From: Eledone cirrhosa
Taxonomy: Eukaryota
Reading direction: 5' to 3'
DNA length: 64,000 nucleotides
NCBI GenBank assembly: GCA_964016885.1
Contig: OZ024743.1
Coordinates: 145,452,001 to 145,516,000, forward strand
How positions within the stretch are numbered: the first letter of the stretch is position 1; each line of letters opens with the position of its first letter. Of the stretch, positions 28,939-42,313 are shown one piece after another. The translations under genes and the position numbers were made by a program. The notes below the pieces were generated by a model that saw only the letters and a list, made by a program, of their open reading frames with translations, searched no databases and was not told where the DNA came from.

Positions 28939-30389
28939 TGAGTGGGTGTGTACATACATATATACATAATCTTATGCACTTAAAAATCTGTATATATTGT
29001 CATTTATACATTGGATACACTTATACATAAAGAGAGCACGAAAATGTGAATCAATCGTATATGTAGGTATGTACGTATGAAAATGTACACACGCCCACAG
29101 ATTCACCTATTAGCGTAAAATATTTCCAGAAGGAATAACCTCGCTGAACGCAGTAACAATAAACGTGTAGAAGTTGGGTTTAAACAGAGATTACTAAAAG
29201 GTGCGTTAATTAGGTTTGATATTGAAAGCATGAAAATTTAATTTCAATTGAATTAGTTGTGGTTAGTACATTTGGAATTAGTTTGCCATAAATAATCCAT
29301 TTTTACTTAGTTCTACTCTATTCTGGGTTATTGTCAGGGAATAAAACGTTCGTTGTAATGGAATTGCATGAGCTGTGCCAAAATTCTAGTTGGTTCAACA
29401 AGCGCAGACTGCCATGGATATAAATTGTTTGTTCACTTCAATGAGAAATACCTTGTAATAGATGGACTCATGTGGAAATCTTAAATAAACTTTAAAAGCT
29501 AAATGAGTTGAGCAGTATAATAAGAAACACTCTATAATTGAATGTTAAGTAACAAAAATACTAAAAAAAGATTGTTCAAGTGAGTAAAGAAACTGTAATG
29601 AATAAAGATTTTACGAAGCATTATGGAAAGCTTTTCCCGTTCTTCCATATTATCCTTAAAACAATGCAATAAGATTTTGATTAAAAATAAGTCCATTAGC
29701 AGATTCATATAACTGTTCATTTTGTTGTTCTTTTATTATTATATTTCGTCATGGAAATGTTATTTATTCAATGAAGTATAAACTCAATTTATCGTCTTCG
29801 ATGACGTCATTTCGAAGTAACGATGATAGATGGATAAAAGTTAGCCTATCGAATATTTTTTTTTAGAATTTGTGTAAAGCCATTAGCATAGCAGTTGCTT
29901 CGTGTAAAGAACATTAACAACATATGAAAGTTAAATAGAAAATAAAAACAAAAACAGCTGGGTAATATGGTATAAAACTAACCGGAGACTAGTTTCCTTA
30001 TTTCTTTTTTTAAATTATCGCACCACTTAGAATTTATTTACAAAAACTTTATACATAAATACATACATAAATGGCTACATCTCAGGTTCGAGAATTGGCA
30101 TCACGACCTTTATTTCATACATGGGCGGCCCGAATATGACTTTTAAGCATTTAGATTCCTTTCTGTATATGCTGCAGTGAAAGAAAAACGGAAAAGGCCA
30201 TACCCACGCAGCACACGTGAGGGTCGTTTAGATCAAGTAATGCTTGTGCTTGAAGCTTTATTAAGTGAAGAAAGACCTTGCTGAATAACGTCCACTCCGC
30301 GTCAAGTAAAGTATATGCTAAGTGACTGGTAAAGAGATGTAGAGAGGTGAACAATGTAGTTTCCGCCCCGGATGCACAGCCGACCAAAT

Positions 30390-31380
30390 ATTTAAACTAC
30401 GGTAGGTCTTTAAGAAATCGTGTGAGTACTGCCAAGAGATGTATTCTTGCTTTATAAACCTCGAAAAGGCATATGACCGCGTTCCACGGGATCTACTGTG
30501 GAAGGCTCTGTCGGGGTATGGGATCAGTGTCAGCTTCTTTTTGCCCTGATGTCTGATAAATCGTGCTAAATTGAAGCCATTCAATGTGGGTGTCGGACTT
30601 CGCCAAGGGTGCGTACTGTTACGTCTCCTGTACTGTTACGTCTCCTGTTCATTATTTTCATGAACAGGATTTACATACGCAGCCGGGTCGGAAATGGTAT
30701 CACGGCAGGAATTTGCAGACGACATAGTATTACTTAACTCGTCAGGTGATCTCTGATAGGTTTGATGCCGAGTGCTGTATGCTGGAATGAAAACTAGTGT
30801 TGCGAAATATGAGACACCCATCCTCTCAAGAATCCTGCACAATGCACTCTACATGTAAATGGAGTTCGACTGAAGCAGATAGAGAAGGCAGGAGGCTGAA
30901 TTAAGTGCAAGAATTGCAGGAGCTGGTGCAGTAATGCGCCATCTTCAGCATTCTGTAATCCGAAGAAGGGGGTAGGTGTAAAAGCCGAACTCGCTATCTT
31001 CAATTCAACATTCGTGCCAAACCTTACCTATGGTCGTAAATACAAACGGCCGACATCGATTTCTTCCGAAGGTACTATGGAGTAATATAACTCGATAGAG
31101 TGCGTAGCTCGGAGATCAGAGAGTCACTCACGGTAGAGCCGCTACTTCTCCGAAATGAGAGATCACAGCTCCGATATCACGGATATGTGGTTAGAATCTT
31201 TAACAGGCTCTCACTCACATATTTAAGAAATATTTAAGAATACAGATAATATATTCTTAAATAAAATTTAATATATATATATAATACCCCGAGCAAGATG
31301 GTTGGATAACATCCAGGAACTCGGCTGGTTTTGCTTGGAGATCCAACTGGATTAATTGAAGACAGTTTTGTCTCTGACAG
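30390..31380 (+). pseudogene. RTE-clade LINE RT remnant
   Basis: Translates across frameshifts to CFINLEKAYDRVPRDLLWKAL, FNVGVGLRQGCVL, FADDIVLL, FVPNLTYG and C-terminal PRARWLDNIQELGW. Confidence 0.8.
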
Positions 31381-31594
31381 AGAAGAAGAAGAAGAAGAAG
31401 AAGAAGAAGAAGAAGAAGAAGAAGAAGAAGAAGAAGAAGAAGAAGAAGAAAGAAGAAGAAGAAGAAGAAGAAGAAGAAGAAGAAGAAGAAGAGAAGAAGA
31501 AGAAGAAGAAGAAGAAGAAGAAGAAGAAGAAGAAGAAGAAGAAGAAGAAGAAGAAGAAGAAGAAGAGAAGAAGAAGAAGAAGAAGAAGAAGAAG
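31381..31594. repeat. (GAA)n trinucleotide repeat
   Basis: Explains the poly-E/K/R ORFs. Confidence 0.97.
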
Positions 31595-32345
31595 ACAGAC
31601 AGAGCTACTTACGTGTATACTAAAGAAGAAGAAGAAGAAACATCTTGTACTGGACCAATCCCATTCTCTGAACAACATTATTGGCTACCATCGAGTCGTA
31701 GGTTTTATATGAGGGTTTTCTTTCTCCGAGAATGATGTCCGAACAAGAATTAAGAGTCTCTCACTCCTGGTGAGCTAACTGCACGCCCGGGCACCAAACT
31801 GAATATGCCCATGTCCCCTACACATACATACATACATACATACATACATACATACATACATACATACATACATACATCATTATTGGAGCTACGGGTTATA
31901 TACCAACCCGTTTGGACCAAAGTATGACTGAACTTGGATTTGCGGACAAGAGCGCAGCTCCCTAATTCATAGTCTACAAATGGCTGCGATAGCTGGCACC
32001 TTCAAAATTTGCAAAACATTCTTGCGATTCAAGGATGACAATTTCTTTTCTTTACAACCTTGCCACCAGGAAGGTGGCCGGTCAAAAAAATATACTCGAA
32101 ATTAAGAGAAAGAGATAACATGCATGCATACAAAGCGGATGCACATGCACACATGCAACTCAAAACATACACATCCACACATACAATAACATCCATACCT
32201 GCACACACATGCATGTATGCAGACATGCATACATATCTACCTAGTTGGTGTTGAGTAAATTCCAATGAGAGAGTCTTGTGTCTATTAGAAACCGACCTCT
32301 CTCTCTATTGGCAAAAATTTGTGAATTCTAAAACAAGAAGAACAT

Positions 32346-32389
<44 letters not shown>

Positions 32390-32601
32390 GATAATTTAAT
32401 ATATCAACTAACATAGGCGCACAGATGCACGTCCATGTCAGCAAATACACAGGTTATGTCATAGTACCTAGGTGGTTCAATGCAGGAGGGTGCAGAACAA
32501 TAATATAAAAGACGTAAAATAAGAAAATATTTTTTAAAAAATTTTTTTTTAATTTTTTTTTATTTATTTTTTTTTTTTTTTTCTTACTTACTTAAATTTT
32601 C

Positions 32602-32683
32602 ACTCCAACTAATTAGTTTCTGCAATGGGATAAAGACAGTTACATAATCCAACTGTCGAGAATTCATTGCGTCATCAGGGAGT
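32602..32683 (-). ncRNA. Type-I hammerhead ribozyme, intact core
   Basis: Reverse complement of 33431-33512. Confidence 0.85.
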
Positions 32684-33430
32684 CTATTCTCAGCTGAGCC
32701 TCCAGGCAATGCGCGGACACTGGCGGCTCATTAAAAAACAATAATTCGGTAGAAAGAACAGCTAGCGAGGACTGGATTCTATGTACTGAAATTCTCACTG
32801 CTTCCAGTCAAATGGCCGATTCTAAAGAATCAATCACGTGACATAGAGGCTAGTTAGAAGGAATGGGATGGTAAGATGACTGACGCCTACTAACACCCCC
32901 AAAAAAATTTTGAAGTGGTTTTGGCAGGTTTGCTCGACAAATCAGTGATTTGGAGATAAATATAGATAATTTAATATATCAACTAACATAGGCGCACAGA
33001 TGCACGTCCATGTCAGCAAATACACAGGTTATGTCATAGTACCTAGGTGGTTCAATGCAGGAGGGTGCAGAACAATAATATAAAAGACGTAAAATAAGAA
33101 AATATTTTTAAAAAAAATTTTTTTTTTTTTTTTTTTTTAATTTTAAAATTTTAAATTTTTAAATTTTAAATTTTAAATTTTAAATTTTAAATTTTAAATT
33201 TTAAATTTTAAATTTTAAATTTTTAAATTTTTAATCTTTAAATTTTAAATTTTAAAATTTTAAATTTAAAAAAAATTTTTTTTTTTTTTCAAATCGGCCA
33301 TTTGACTGGAAGCAGTGAGAATTTCAGTACATAGAATCCAGTCCTCGCCTAGCTGTTCTTTCTACCGAATTATTGTTTTTATATGAGCCGCCAGTGTCCG
33401 CGCATTGCCTGGAGGCTCAGCTGAGAATAG

Positions 33431-33512
33431 ACTCCCTGATGACGCAATGAATTCTCGACAGTTGGATTATGTAACTGTCTTTATCCCATTGCAGAAACTA
33501 ATTAGTTGGAGT
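33431..33512 (+). ncRNA. Type-I hammerhead ribozyme with extended stem II, intact core
   Basis: ACTCC-CTGATGA-cGCAATG aattctc GACAGTT..AACTGTC..CATTGCa-GAAA-CTAATTAG-TT-GGAGT. Confidence 0.85.
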
Positions 33513-33531
33513 GAAAATTTAAGTAAGTAAG

Positions 33532-33563
<32 letters not shown>

Positions 33564-33600
33564 TTTTAAATTTTTTTAAAAAATATTTTCTTATTTTACG

Positions 33601-33663
<63 letters not shown>

Positions 33664-33739
33664 CATGCGGTGCCCCAGCATGGCCTCAGCCGGATGGCTG
33701 AAACAGGTAAAAGAGTAAAAGAGTATATATATATATATA

Positions 33740-33953
33740 GGCGTGTGGCTGAGTGGTTAGAGAATTGGATTCGCAATCGTAAGGTTGTGAGTTCGATTCC
33801 TGGACCAGGCGATGCGTTATGTCCTTGAGCAAGGCACTTTACTTCACGTTGCTCCTTCTACCTGGAGTTGCGACCGATAGATAGTATTAGCAATTGGAAA
33901 GACCAACGGAAACATTGTTCCCTCGGTCCGATTTGACGAAAGTCGATCGTTCC
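33740..33953 (+). mobile_element. SINE family A copy in a TA tract
   Basis: Near-identical to 1108-1321. Confidence 0.85.
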
Positions 33954-34742
33954 TTATATATATATATATATATATAAATGCGCGCGTGTATAGGGAGGGG
34001 GAGAGAAAGAGAGAGTGACAGAAAGAGGTTTTGATTAATTAAAATTGTCTCCCTTGCCTTTCTTAACCAAAATTGTCCATTCAGCTAATAATTTTTTCTC
34101 TTACGGCGAGTGTAATTTTGATTAGATAAAATTACTTGGCTCCATCCGTTAATTAAGTTAGCACCAACCGTTCTATTTGTTTAATGGTTTTATTTTGAAA
34201 GCTGCAACCAATTGTAAAGAAGAGTACAAAGTAGATATCAAAATGTGGAATAAAAAGATAAAACGACATACACGTATGTATATGTCGTTGTTTACTTCAA
34301 GGCCAGCTCGATTAAAGCAGTCTCATGATCAACAGTATTTCATCCTTTTCTATTCTTTTTGCCTCTTACTGAGAACGCAAATTAATTAATATTGTAAGCA
34401 GTGTTCTAACCAAAAAGGATAGAATACCTGACTTTATGGCATGTAGTTATATCACTTTTGAGTTCTAATTCTGCAGTAGTTCATTTTGTTTCTCTTCTCT
34501 TGAGTAATATACTGTGGTAGATTCATTCGGCTATACTCATTTCCTCTTCCTTTATATGCTAACGGTGATGACATTCATAGACAACAGGTACATTTCTGAC
34601 AAGACAGAAACTTCGTTACTTGGTTGTGAAAGACTGTATACCCATGTGTACAACTGGCTGTAAGAAAGAGAAGAATACAAAGACAGATAAACTGAGTGCA
34701 TGTGTACGGGCATATGTGTGGGGATGTTTCTATACGCATGTA

Positions 34743-34994
<252 letters not shown>

Positions 34995-35182
34995 AAAAAG
35001 TATGACCCCGACGGCAGAGCTCATTTCCAGAAATAGCCGTCGAAACGGCTTGAGCTCTGCCGTCAGGGTCATACTTTTTCCTATTTCCCACTCAACTACC
35101 CTAAGCATTGAGTACTCTGGTGCGTTATGGTCCATCTGGTTCCTTACCACAATTCCTTCGTTATATATATATATATAATTTT

Positions 35183-36233
35183 TATTAATACAATAACAGA
35201 GAAAGCTTTACGCTAAACTCCGACTGGTAACCATCTCACTCAACAAACATTAGGTTATACGTTAGTATAAACCCAATTTAGTGTCTGGGGTGCCAACTAT
35301 ATGTATTTTGTGGAAAGCCAGTTGTATTATTTTATATGAGATATAATTAAAATTAAAATATATCTCTCTTTCCAAATAATTGTTTCATTATAAGTATTCT
35401 ACAAGTTGGGAGAATATTTCCAGTTTATGTAGAAGCCTAATATATTTTCATGTAAGAATACAATTAGGTGGGCACTTATAAATCGTTAGTGGAAGCCCAT
35501 TAAACTTTGATATAAGAAAAATTTCTTACCGCAGTTAATTTTCGTGTCTGCTAATTTGTCCCTTCACGCATCGAATGACCGCCAAATTTGAAATTCCAGC
35601 AGTCCTTTGACTGAGGAAGTATCATAGCGTCATGAAGCGGGAAAGGGAGACAATCACGAGTCACGAGAAAAGAAAAATAATATACACGTGGGTTAATTAG
35701 TTTTTTCAAAAACATTATCAATCCTTCGTGTTAAGAACTCAATTAATTTTTTAAAAATAAATGTATGCGTGTATTAATTACACACGCATATAGATATTTT
35801 CTTAGGCTAAAAACAGAGAAGTGATACCTGAATAACGAACAATATCTCACAACTGTAACAAATACGGAAAGTTACGCCTTAAAAGACATTTGGGAATGTA
35901 AATCTCTGGCCAAATTAAGAGTAAAATATTTAATAAACGCGGGTTAATTAGTTATTTCAAAACCAACATCAATTCCGCGTGTTAAGGACTCAATTTTAAA
36001 AAATAAATGTATGCATGTAATTATTTACACACGCATATAGATATTTTCTTAGGCTAAAAACAGAGAAGTGATAACCAAAAAACGAACAATATCTCATAAC
36101 AGTAAGAAATACGGAAGGTCATGTGTATAAGGTACCTGGAAATAAAAATCTCTGGCCAAATCAAGAGTAAAATATTAATACAATAACAGAGAAAGCTTTA
36201 CGCTAAATTCCAACTGGTAACCATCTCACTCAA

Positions 36234-36237
<4 letters not shown>
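35183..36237. repeat. ~990-bp unit with ~65-bp terminal direct repeat and ~251-bp internal duplication, between TA tracts
   Basis: TATTAATACAATAACAGAGAAAGC...CAACAAA at 35183 and 36173. GGGTTAATTAG at 35690 and 35941. Confidence 0.8.
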
Positions 36238-36305
<68 letters not shown>

Positions 36306-36558
36306 CGATAAATTAACGGAGGCACAGGCTCTCGCTATTCCCTGTAAATAATGTGCTCAAAGGAGAAGAAATCCTGAGCTCTTTAAAATACAATAGGTTG
36401 AAAAGGTAACACACCAGAGAGAGATATATAGTGCGCTATCAATAAAACAGGGGAAAAACCACCAGTGTATGGAATCTATAACCTATGAAAGGCAGACTAT
36501 AGACACAATAATTAAAAATATAAATTAAAGCGTAAATAAATACCTCTATAACTATATA

Positions 36559-36652
36559 ACACACGTACAAATCCAAAGATACTAATCCAAAGATATGCTT
36601 CACCAGTAATTTGTTGAAAGAAATGGGTTAGCGTCGGTTCATCAGCGTGTGT
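36559..36652 (-). ncRNA. Hammerhead, R4 minus-arm copy (GAAA>GAAG)
   Basis: Reverse complement of the R4 HHR with one core substitution. Confidence 0.7.
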
Positions 36653-37525
36653 AAGGCTATACATTTCAGACAACACTAAGAGAATTTTAAAAGTGACTGT
36701 CCCGCTACACGTGGGAGAGAGAAGTCACAGCGTGTTTAAGGACAGTGAACCAGTGGCCTCTGAGGGATGAACTGCTAGAAAAAGCAGCCCAAAGCCACTC
36801 AGAGAAGTGTGCTCAACCAAACAGAGTTAGGAAAGACTGTTATTAGGAGCGAAATATCACGATAAATTAACGGAGGCATAGGCCCTCGCTATTCTCTGTA
36901 AATAATGTGCTCAAAGGAGAAAAAATCCTGAGCTCTTTAAAATACAATAGGTTGAAAAGGTAACACACCAGAGAGAGATATACAGTGCGCTATCAATAAA
37001 ACAGGGGAGAAAAACACCAGTGTATGGAATCTATAACCTATGAAAGGCAGACTATAGACACGATAATTAAAATTATTACGATAATTTATTTACGCTTTAA
37101 TTTATATTTTTAATTATCGTGTCTATAGTCTGCCTTTCATAGGTTATAGATTCCATACACTGGTGGTTTTTTCCCTGTTTTATTGATAGCGCACTGTATA
37201 TCTCTCTCTGGTGTGTTACCTTTTCAACCTATTGTATTTTAAAGAGCTCAGGATCTCTTCTCCTTTGAGCACATTATTTACAGGGAATAGCGAGGGCCTA
37301 TGCCTCCGTTAATTTATCGTGATATTTCACTCCTAATAACAGTCTTTCCTATCTCTGTTTGGTTGAGCACACTTCTCTGAGTGGCTTTGGGCTGCCCTTT
37401 CTAGCAGTTCGTCCCTCAGAGGCCATGGTTCATTGCCCTTAAACACGCTGTGACTTCTCTCTCCCACGTGTAGCGGGACAGTCACTTTTAAAATTCTCTT
37501 AGTGTTGTCTGAAATGTATAGCCTT

Positions 37526-37619
37526 ACACACGCTGATGAACCGAAGCTAACCCATTTCTTTCAACAAATTACTTGTGAAACATATCTTTGGTTTAGTATT
37601 TTTGGATTTGTACGTGTGT
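37526..37619 (+). ncRNA. Type-I hammerhead ribozyme, R4 unit 1
   Basis: ACACACG-CTGATGA-ACC...TGT-GAAA-CATATC...GATTTG-TA-CGTGTGT. Predicted cleavage after 37612. Confidence 0.8.
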
Positions 37620-38078
37620 TATATAGTTATAGAGGTATTTATTTACGCTTTAATTTATATTTTTAATTATCGTGTCTACAGTCTGCCTTTCATGAGTTAT
37701 AGATTCCATACACTGGTGGTTTTTTCCCTGTTTTATTGATAGCGCACTGTATATCTCTCTCTGGTGTGTTACCTTTTCAACCTATTGTATTTTAAAGAGC
37801 TCAGGATTTCTTCTCCTTTGAGCACATTATTTACAGAGAATAGCGAGGGCCTATGGCTCCGTTAATTTATCGTGATATTTCGCTCCTAATAACAGTCTTT
37901 CCTATCTCTGTTTGGTTGAGCACACTTCTCTGAGTGGCTTTGGGCTGCCCTTTCTAGCAGTTCGTCCCTCAGAGGCCATGGTTCACTGCCCTTAAACACG
38001 CTGTAACTTCTCTCTCCTATGTGTAGCTGGACAGTCACTTTTAAAATTCTCTTAGTGTTGTCTGAAATGTATAGCCTT

Positions 38079-38172
38079 ACACACGCTGATGAACCGACGC
38101 TAACCCATTTCTTTCAACAAATTACTGGTGAAACATATCTTTGGTTTAGTATCTTTGGATTTGTACGTGTGT
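38079..38172 (+). ncRNA. Type-I hammerhead ribozyme, R4 unit 2 (best paired)
   Basis: 7-bp stem I ACACACG/CGTGTGT, CTGATGA, stem II ACCG/TGGT, GAAA, stem III, GUA triplet. Predicted cleavage after 38165. Confidence 0.85.
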
Positions 38173-38630
38173 TATATAGTTATAGAGGTATTTATTTACG
38201 CTTTAATTTATATTTTTAATTATCGTGTCTACAGTCTGTCTTTCATGGGTTATAGATTCCATACACTGGTGGATATTTCCCTGTTTTATTGATAGCGCAC
38301 TGTATATCTCACTGGTGTGTTACCTTTTCAACATATTGTATTTTAAAGAGCTCAGGATTTCTTCTCCTTTGAGCACATTATTTACAGAGAATAGCGAAGG
38401 CCTATGCCTCCGTTAATTTATCGTGATATTTCGCTCCTAATAACAGTCTTTCCTAACTCTGTTTGGTTGAGCACACTTCTCTGAGTGGCTTTGGGCTGCC
38501 CTTTCTAGCAGTTTGACCCTCAGAGGCCACTGGTTCACTGCCCTTAAACACGCTGTGACTTCTCTCTCCCACGTGTAGCGGGACAGTCACTTTTAAAATT
38601 CTCTTAGTGTTGTCTGAAATGTATAGCCTT

Positions 38631-38723
38631 ACACACGCTGATGAACCGAAGCTAACCCATTTCTTCAACAAATTACTTGTGAAACATATCTTTGGTTTAG
38701 TATCTTTGGATTTGTACGTGTGT
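38631..38723 (+). ncRNA. Type-I hammerhead ribozyme, R4 unit 3
   Basis: Same layout as unit 1. Predicted cleavage after 38716. Confidence 0.8.
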
Positions 38724-38888
38724 TATATAGTTATAGAGGTATTTATTTATGCTTTAATTTATATTTTTAATTATCGTGTCTACAGTCTGCCTTTCATGGG
38801 TTATAGATTCCATACACTGGTGGGTTTTTCCCCTGTTTTATTGATAGCGCACTGTATATCTCTCTCTGGTGTGTTACCTTTTCAACAT

Positions 38889-38974
<86 letters not shown>

Positions 38975-39199
38975 TATATAAAATTGAAAAAATGGAGAAT
39001 TACATGGTCAACAGTACAAACAAGGAGGTTTATTTACAGTCTAACAATTGTTTCACTGACGTAAACCTCTTGTTGAGTCATACAACGTGGTACGCTAAAA
39101 TTATCCATGATAAGAAGTATTCACAACCTCTATTTGGATTACCTATAACGTAATTATCCTCTTTATAAATATATATATATATAACGTAATTATCCTCTT

Positions 39200-39247
<48 letters not shown>

Positions 39248-39248
<1 letters not shown>

Positions 39249-39700
39249 TAGCAGAGGTACCCGGCGTTACTCAGATATTAAATAGCAGTTGTGTATACCA
39301 TGTATGTCAATACTTCAGTGCTGCTTCGAAAACTATACTTTTACAAAATCATCGGCTTTTTCCAAAAGGGGGTTCCTGCCCCCAGGGCTCCCCTACCCAA
39401 TATGTGCCAATTCTGAGAGTTCACATTCATCTGTAGGACAAACGTAGCCCATGTGTCAAGTTTTGTGAAAATCGGTTGCGAACTCCAGAAGTTATGACGT
39501 TTTGTTGCATTGCACTGCAGTGCTTCAGTCAACTCCAAGGAAGTGGTTGGTTAAAGGGCTTATCTGCGGGGGGGGGGGGGGGCTATAATCAATATCTGGA
39601 AAAATGACAGTGCCCATGACCATCTGGAGTACATAAGTAACCAATGTCTTAAGGTGGGTGAAAATACTGTAGAAATGCATAAGGTTTATACATACGCGCG
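39248..39700 (-). mobile_element. Helitron 3' portion (other boundary uncertain)
   Basis: A|CTAGCAGAGGTACCCGGCGTTACTC resembles the terminus at 8949. Confidence 0.5.
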
Positions 39701-40903
39701 TGCGTTCGTGTGGGGGGGGGGGTATGTATTTGTGTGTGCGTATGTATGTGTATGTCCGTCGGGGCATACGTATGTACTGGCCTAAATCTTCACTATTTAC
39801 TTTTACTATTTTAATAACCTCTGTCATTTTCGTTTTCAATTTTATTTGCATCATTCTTAAACTCCGGGGCTGGAAATCATTCTGTTATTTTAAATAGAAT
39901 ATTAGTCTAACGACTCCATTTATACCATAAACTTGGTCTTATCTTTGCATGAAATTGTTCTTCACGCTCCACATAACGACGTATTATCCTCGCTTTTTTC
40001 CCGTTCATTGCCAGGGAACGTCTTCACGAACCAAAATATCGTCTTCCTGTTTTCGTTCGGTTGCAACGTTTCTCGAATATTTACTTCTGCGTTCACAGAT
40101 TACTCTCAGTTCAATTTGAATGGGAAATTCCTGTTTCATCGATTTTCTCCGTAACCATGGAAGCTTGTAGCTTGAAAGTCGACCCAACGCCTCCTCGGGT
40201 CTTTCTGCATAACTGTGTAAATTTTCGCTGCATTCCACCAAGCCGTTTCGACGTTTATCCGACTACACCTACATATACAACGTCCGACCACTTCCAATTT
40301 ATATTGTAGATTTGTTTATATATGAATGACAAAAAGAAAAGTACAAAACTATACATGAATTGTTTCTACTAAACCTTCAATTTAAGACACAACCTACATA
40401 TTTGATAGGACCCCAGCTCACACCTTCTTCTTCTTCTTCTTCTTCTTCTTCTTCTTCTTCTTCTTCTTCTTCTTTTGCTCCCCCCTGGAACATTGGGCTG
40501 CGAGTCACCCCCGCACAACGCCATGTCTGCTTTTCAACTTTTCAACTCCAACGTGATGCACGGTGCGTCATGGTGTATCTAACCATTTTTTAGGTCTACT
40601 ACGGCTGATTTCTTCCAGAGAGAAAGAGAGAGATGGAAAAAGGCAGAGAAGATTCATTCCCGGAGGAATAATAAAAAATGTTTACACTGCACATTTCATT
40701 TTTTCAAAGCTAAAGCTACCGATCCAAAATCAGTAATTCAACTCCCTGAAAACTTTCAAATATATGCTGTTCTAGCATGAATATTATGCTCAGGCGCAGC
40801 TGTCCACAAAGTAAGATTTACTTGCATATCCCCGCTCATATAAACACATAAATACATGCATACATACATTACAGTTGATATTTTTTTTTATTAAAGCGTT
40901 TTC

Positions 40904-40940
<37 letters not shown>

Positions 40941-42313
40941 AAAATATATATATATATATATATATTGACGAAACAAGTCAATTGCATGAACTCATAATCC
41001 TTTATTTACCGCTTTATTTGTATGAAATTGTAAATAAGACAATGAATATTGAAAGCGACTACGGAAAAAGGGGGAAATAACTCACCGAAGCCGATAGTAA
41101 ATAGACCGTTTTGGGGCCCCAGGGACCACATTTTTTAAGTTAGAGATCTGAAACCTCGTCTATTTGCTTCCTTGGCACTTTTTACATAGGTGTGTAAATT
41201 TTCATGTCAGTCCGACCACGTCTACTACCATTTAACAGTGCACAACTGAATTTCAACCACCACCCATTTCACAAATATATATTGACGATTTATATTGTGT
41301 ATTCATTTTTATTTGTTCATCTCGCAGTACATGCTTGCGTTACGCATGGTATTTGACGAACATGGAAAGTTTCCTGGCTCTTTGGGTAGTGCATTTGTTG
41401 GCTGGCACTGAGATCATTATTACTATTATAACAGTATAGTTATGGTCATTGCTGTTGTTGATTGAGGTGATATTGTTATGGTTGCAGCTGTAAGAGGTGT
41501 ACGAGAATTTTCTCAACTGTTCTTGAGGCGTGAGTCGTGTTGGGGGTGGTGGCCGGGAGATTAATTCTGGGGGTGGGGTGCTGGGAGTGGTAGTGGGTAG
41601 GGTGACATTGTAGCTTAGAGGAGTTGCTTCTCCGATGTTATTTTCTGTCTATTTTGAGTTTGAGGTGTAAATGGGATGCTAGTATTCTTTTCTTTTTCCT
41701 CTTTGTGGGCTCCATACACATACATAAATATATTCACACGTGCATATTTATACACACGCATGTATATACACACAGATATATATATACCCACACATTAGAC
41801 ACTGAGAAGGGAGGTAGGTAGCAGTCAGTGACAGTATTCTAAAAATAGATTGGGGATTTACTGGTGTGAATGTGTGGGGAAGTGGTTGTGAATGTGATGG
41901 TGGGAGAGAGAAGTGATCTTTCAACTGTCCATTTTCCTTTCAAAATCTGAAATTTAGCCACAATCGACCAAAATGTAAAAAAAGAAAATTGTATTGGGGA
42001 AATATTTAAAAATATATATGCACCTTTCACATCTTCAACCACAGAGATGATTGCATAATAATTAGACGGATTTTTGATTAAACAGAACTTATCCCCCGAA
42101 ATAAACAGTGTGTTTTCCGATCTATGTCTGTTTCTCTTCTTCAAATAATATGTAAACAGCGATTGTAATGGGTAAATATATTTTAAAAAACTTTGAAAAA
42201 AATCGCTCCCCCGCCCCAAGGAAAATTTCGACCTTGAAACGGTAAACAACGTTCAGGTCAAAAGTTCAAAAGCAGCCACTGTAGATCTCACCACAACTAC
42301 GACTACTACAGAC

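Larger units (their letters stand above)
32381..33606. mobile_element. Family R1 head-to-head insertion: 1.3 copies of a 575-nt unit on minus, ~315 nt on plus
   Basis: TAGATAATTTAATATATC repeats at 32388 and 32963. 33290-33606 is an inverted copy of ~32507-32822. TA tracts on both sides. Confidence 0.82.
36304..38893. mobile_element. Retrozyme-like array (family R4): ~553-bp unit, ~1.4 copies on minus and ~3.3 copies on plus, head-to-head, in (TA)n
   Basis: Units repeat at 552-553 bp. Inversion point at 37073-37084. One HHR per unit. A fragment of the same family lies at ~20570-20640. Confidence 0.9.

Noticed and set aside
36304-38893. CRISPR array or coding repeat interpretation of the 553-bp array
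   Set aside because: No unique spacers or cas genes, eukaryotic context, and short ORFs differ between units.
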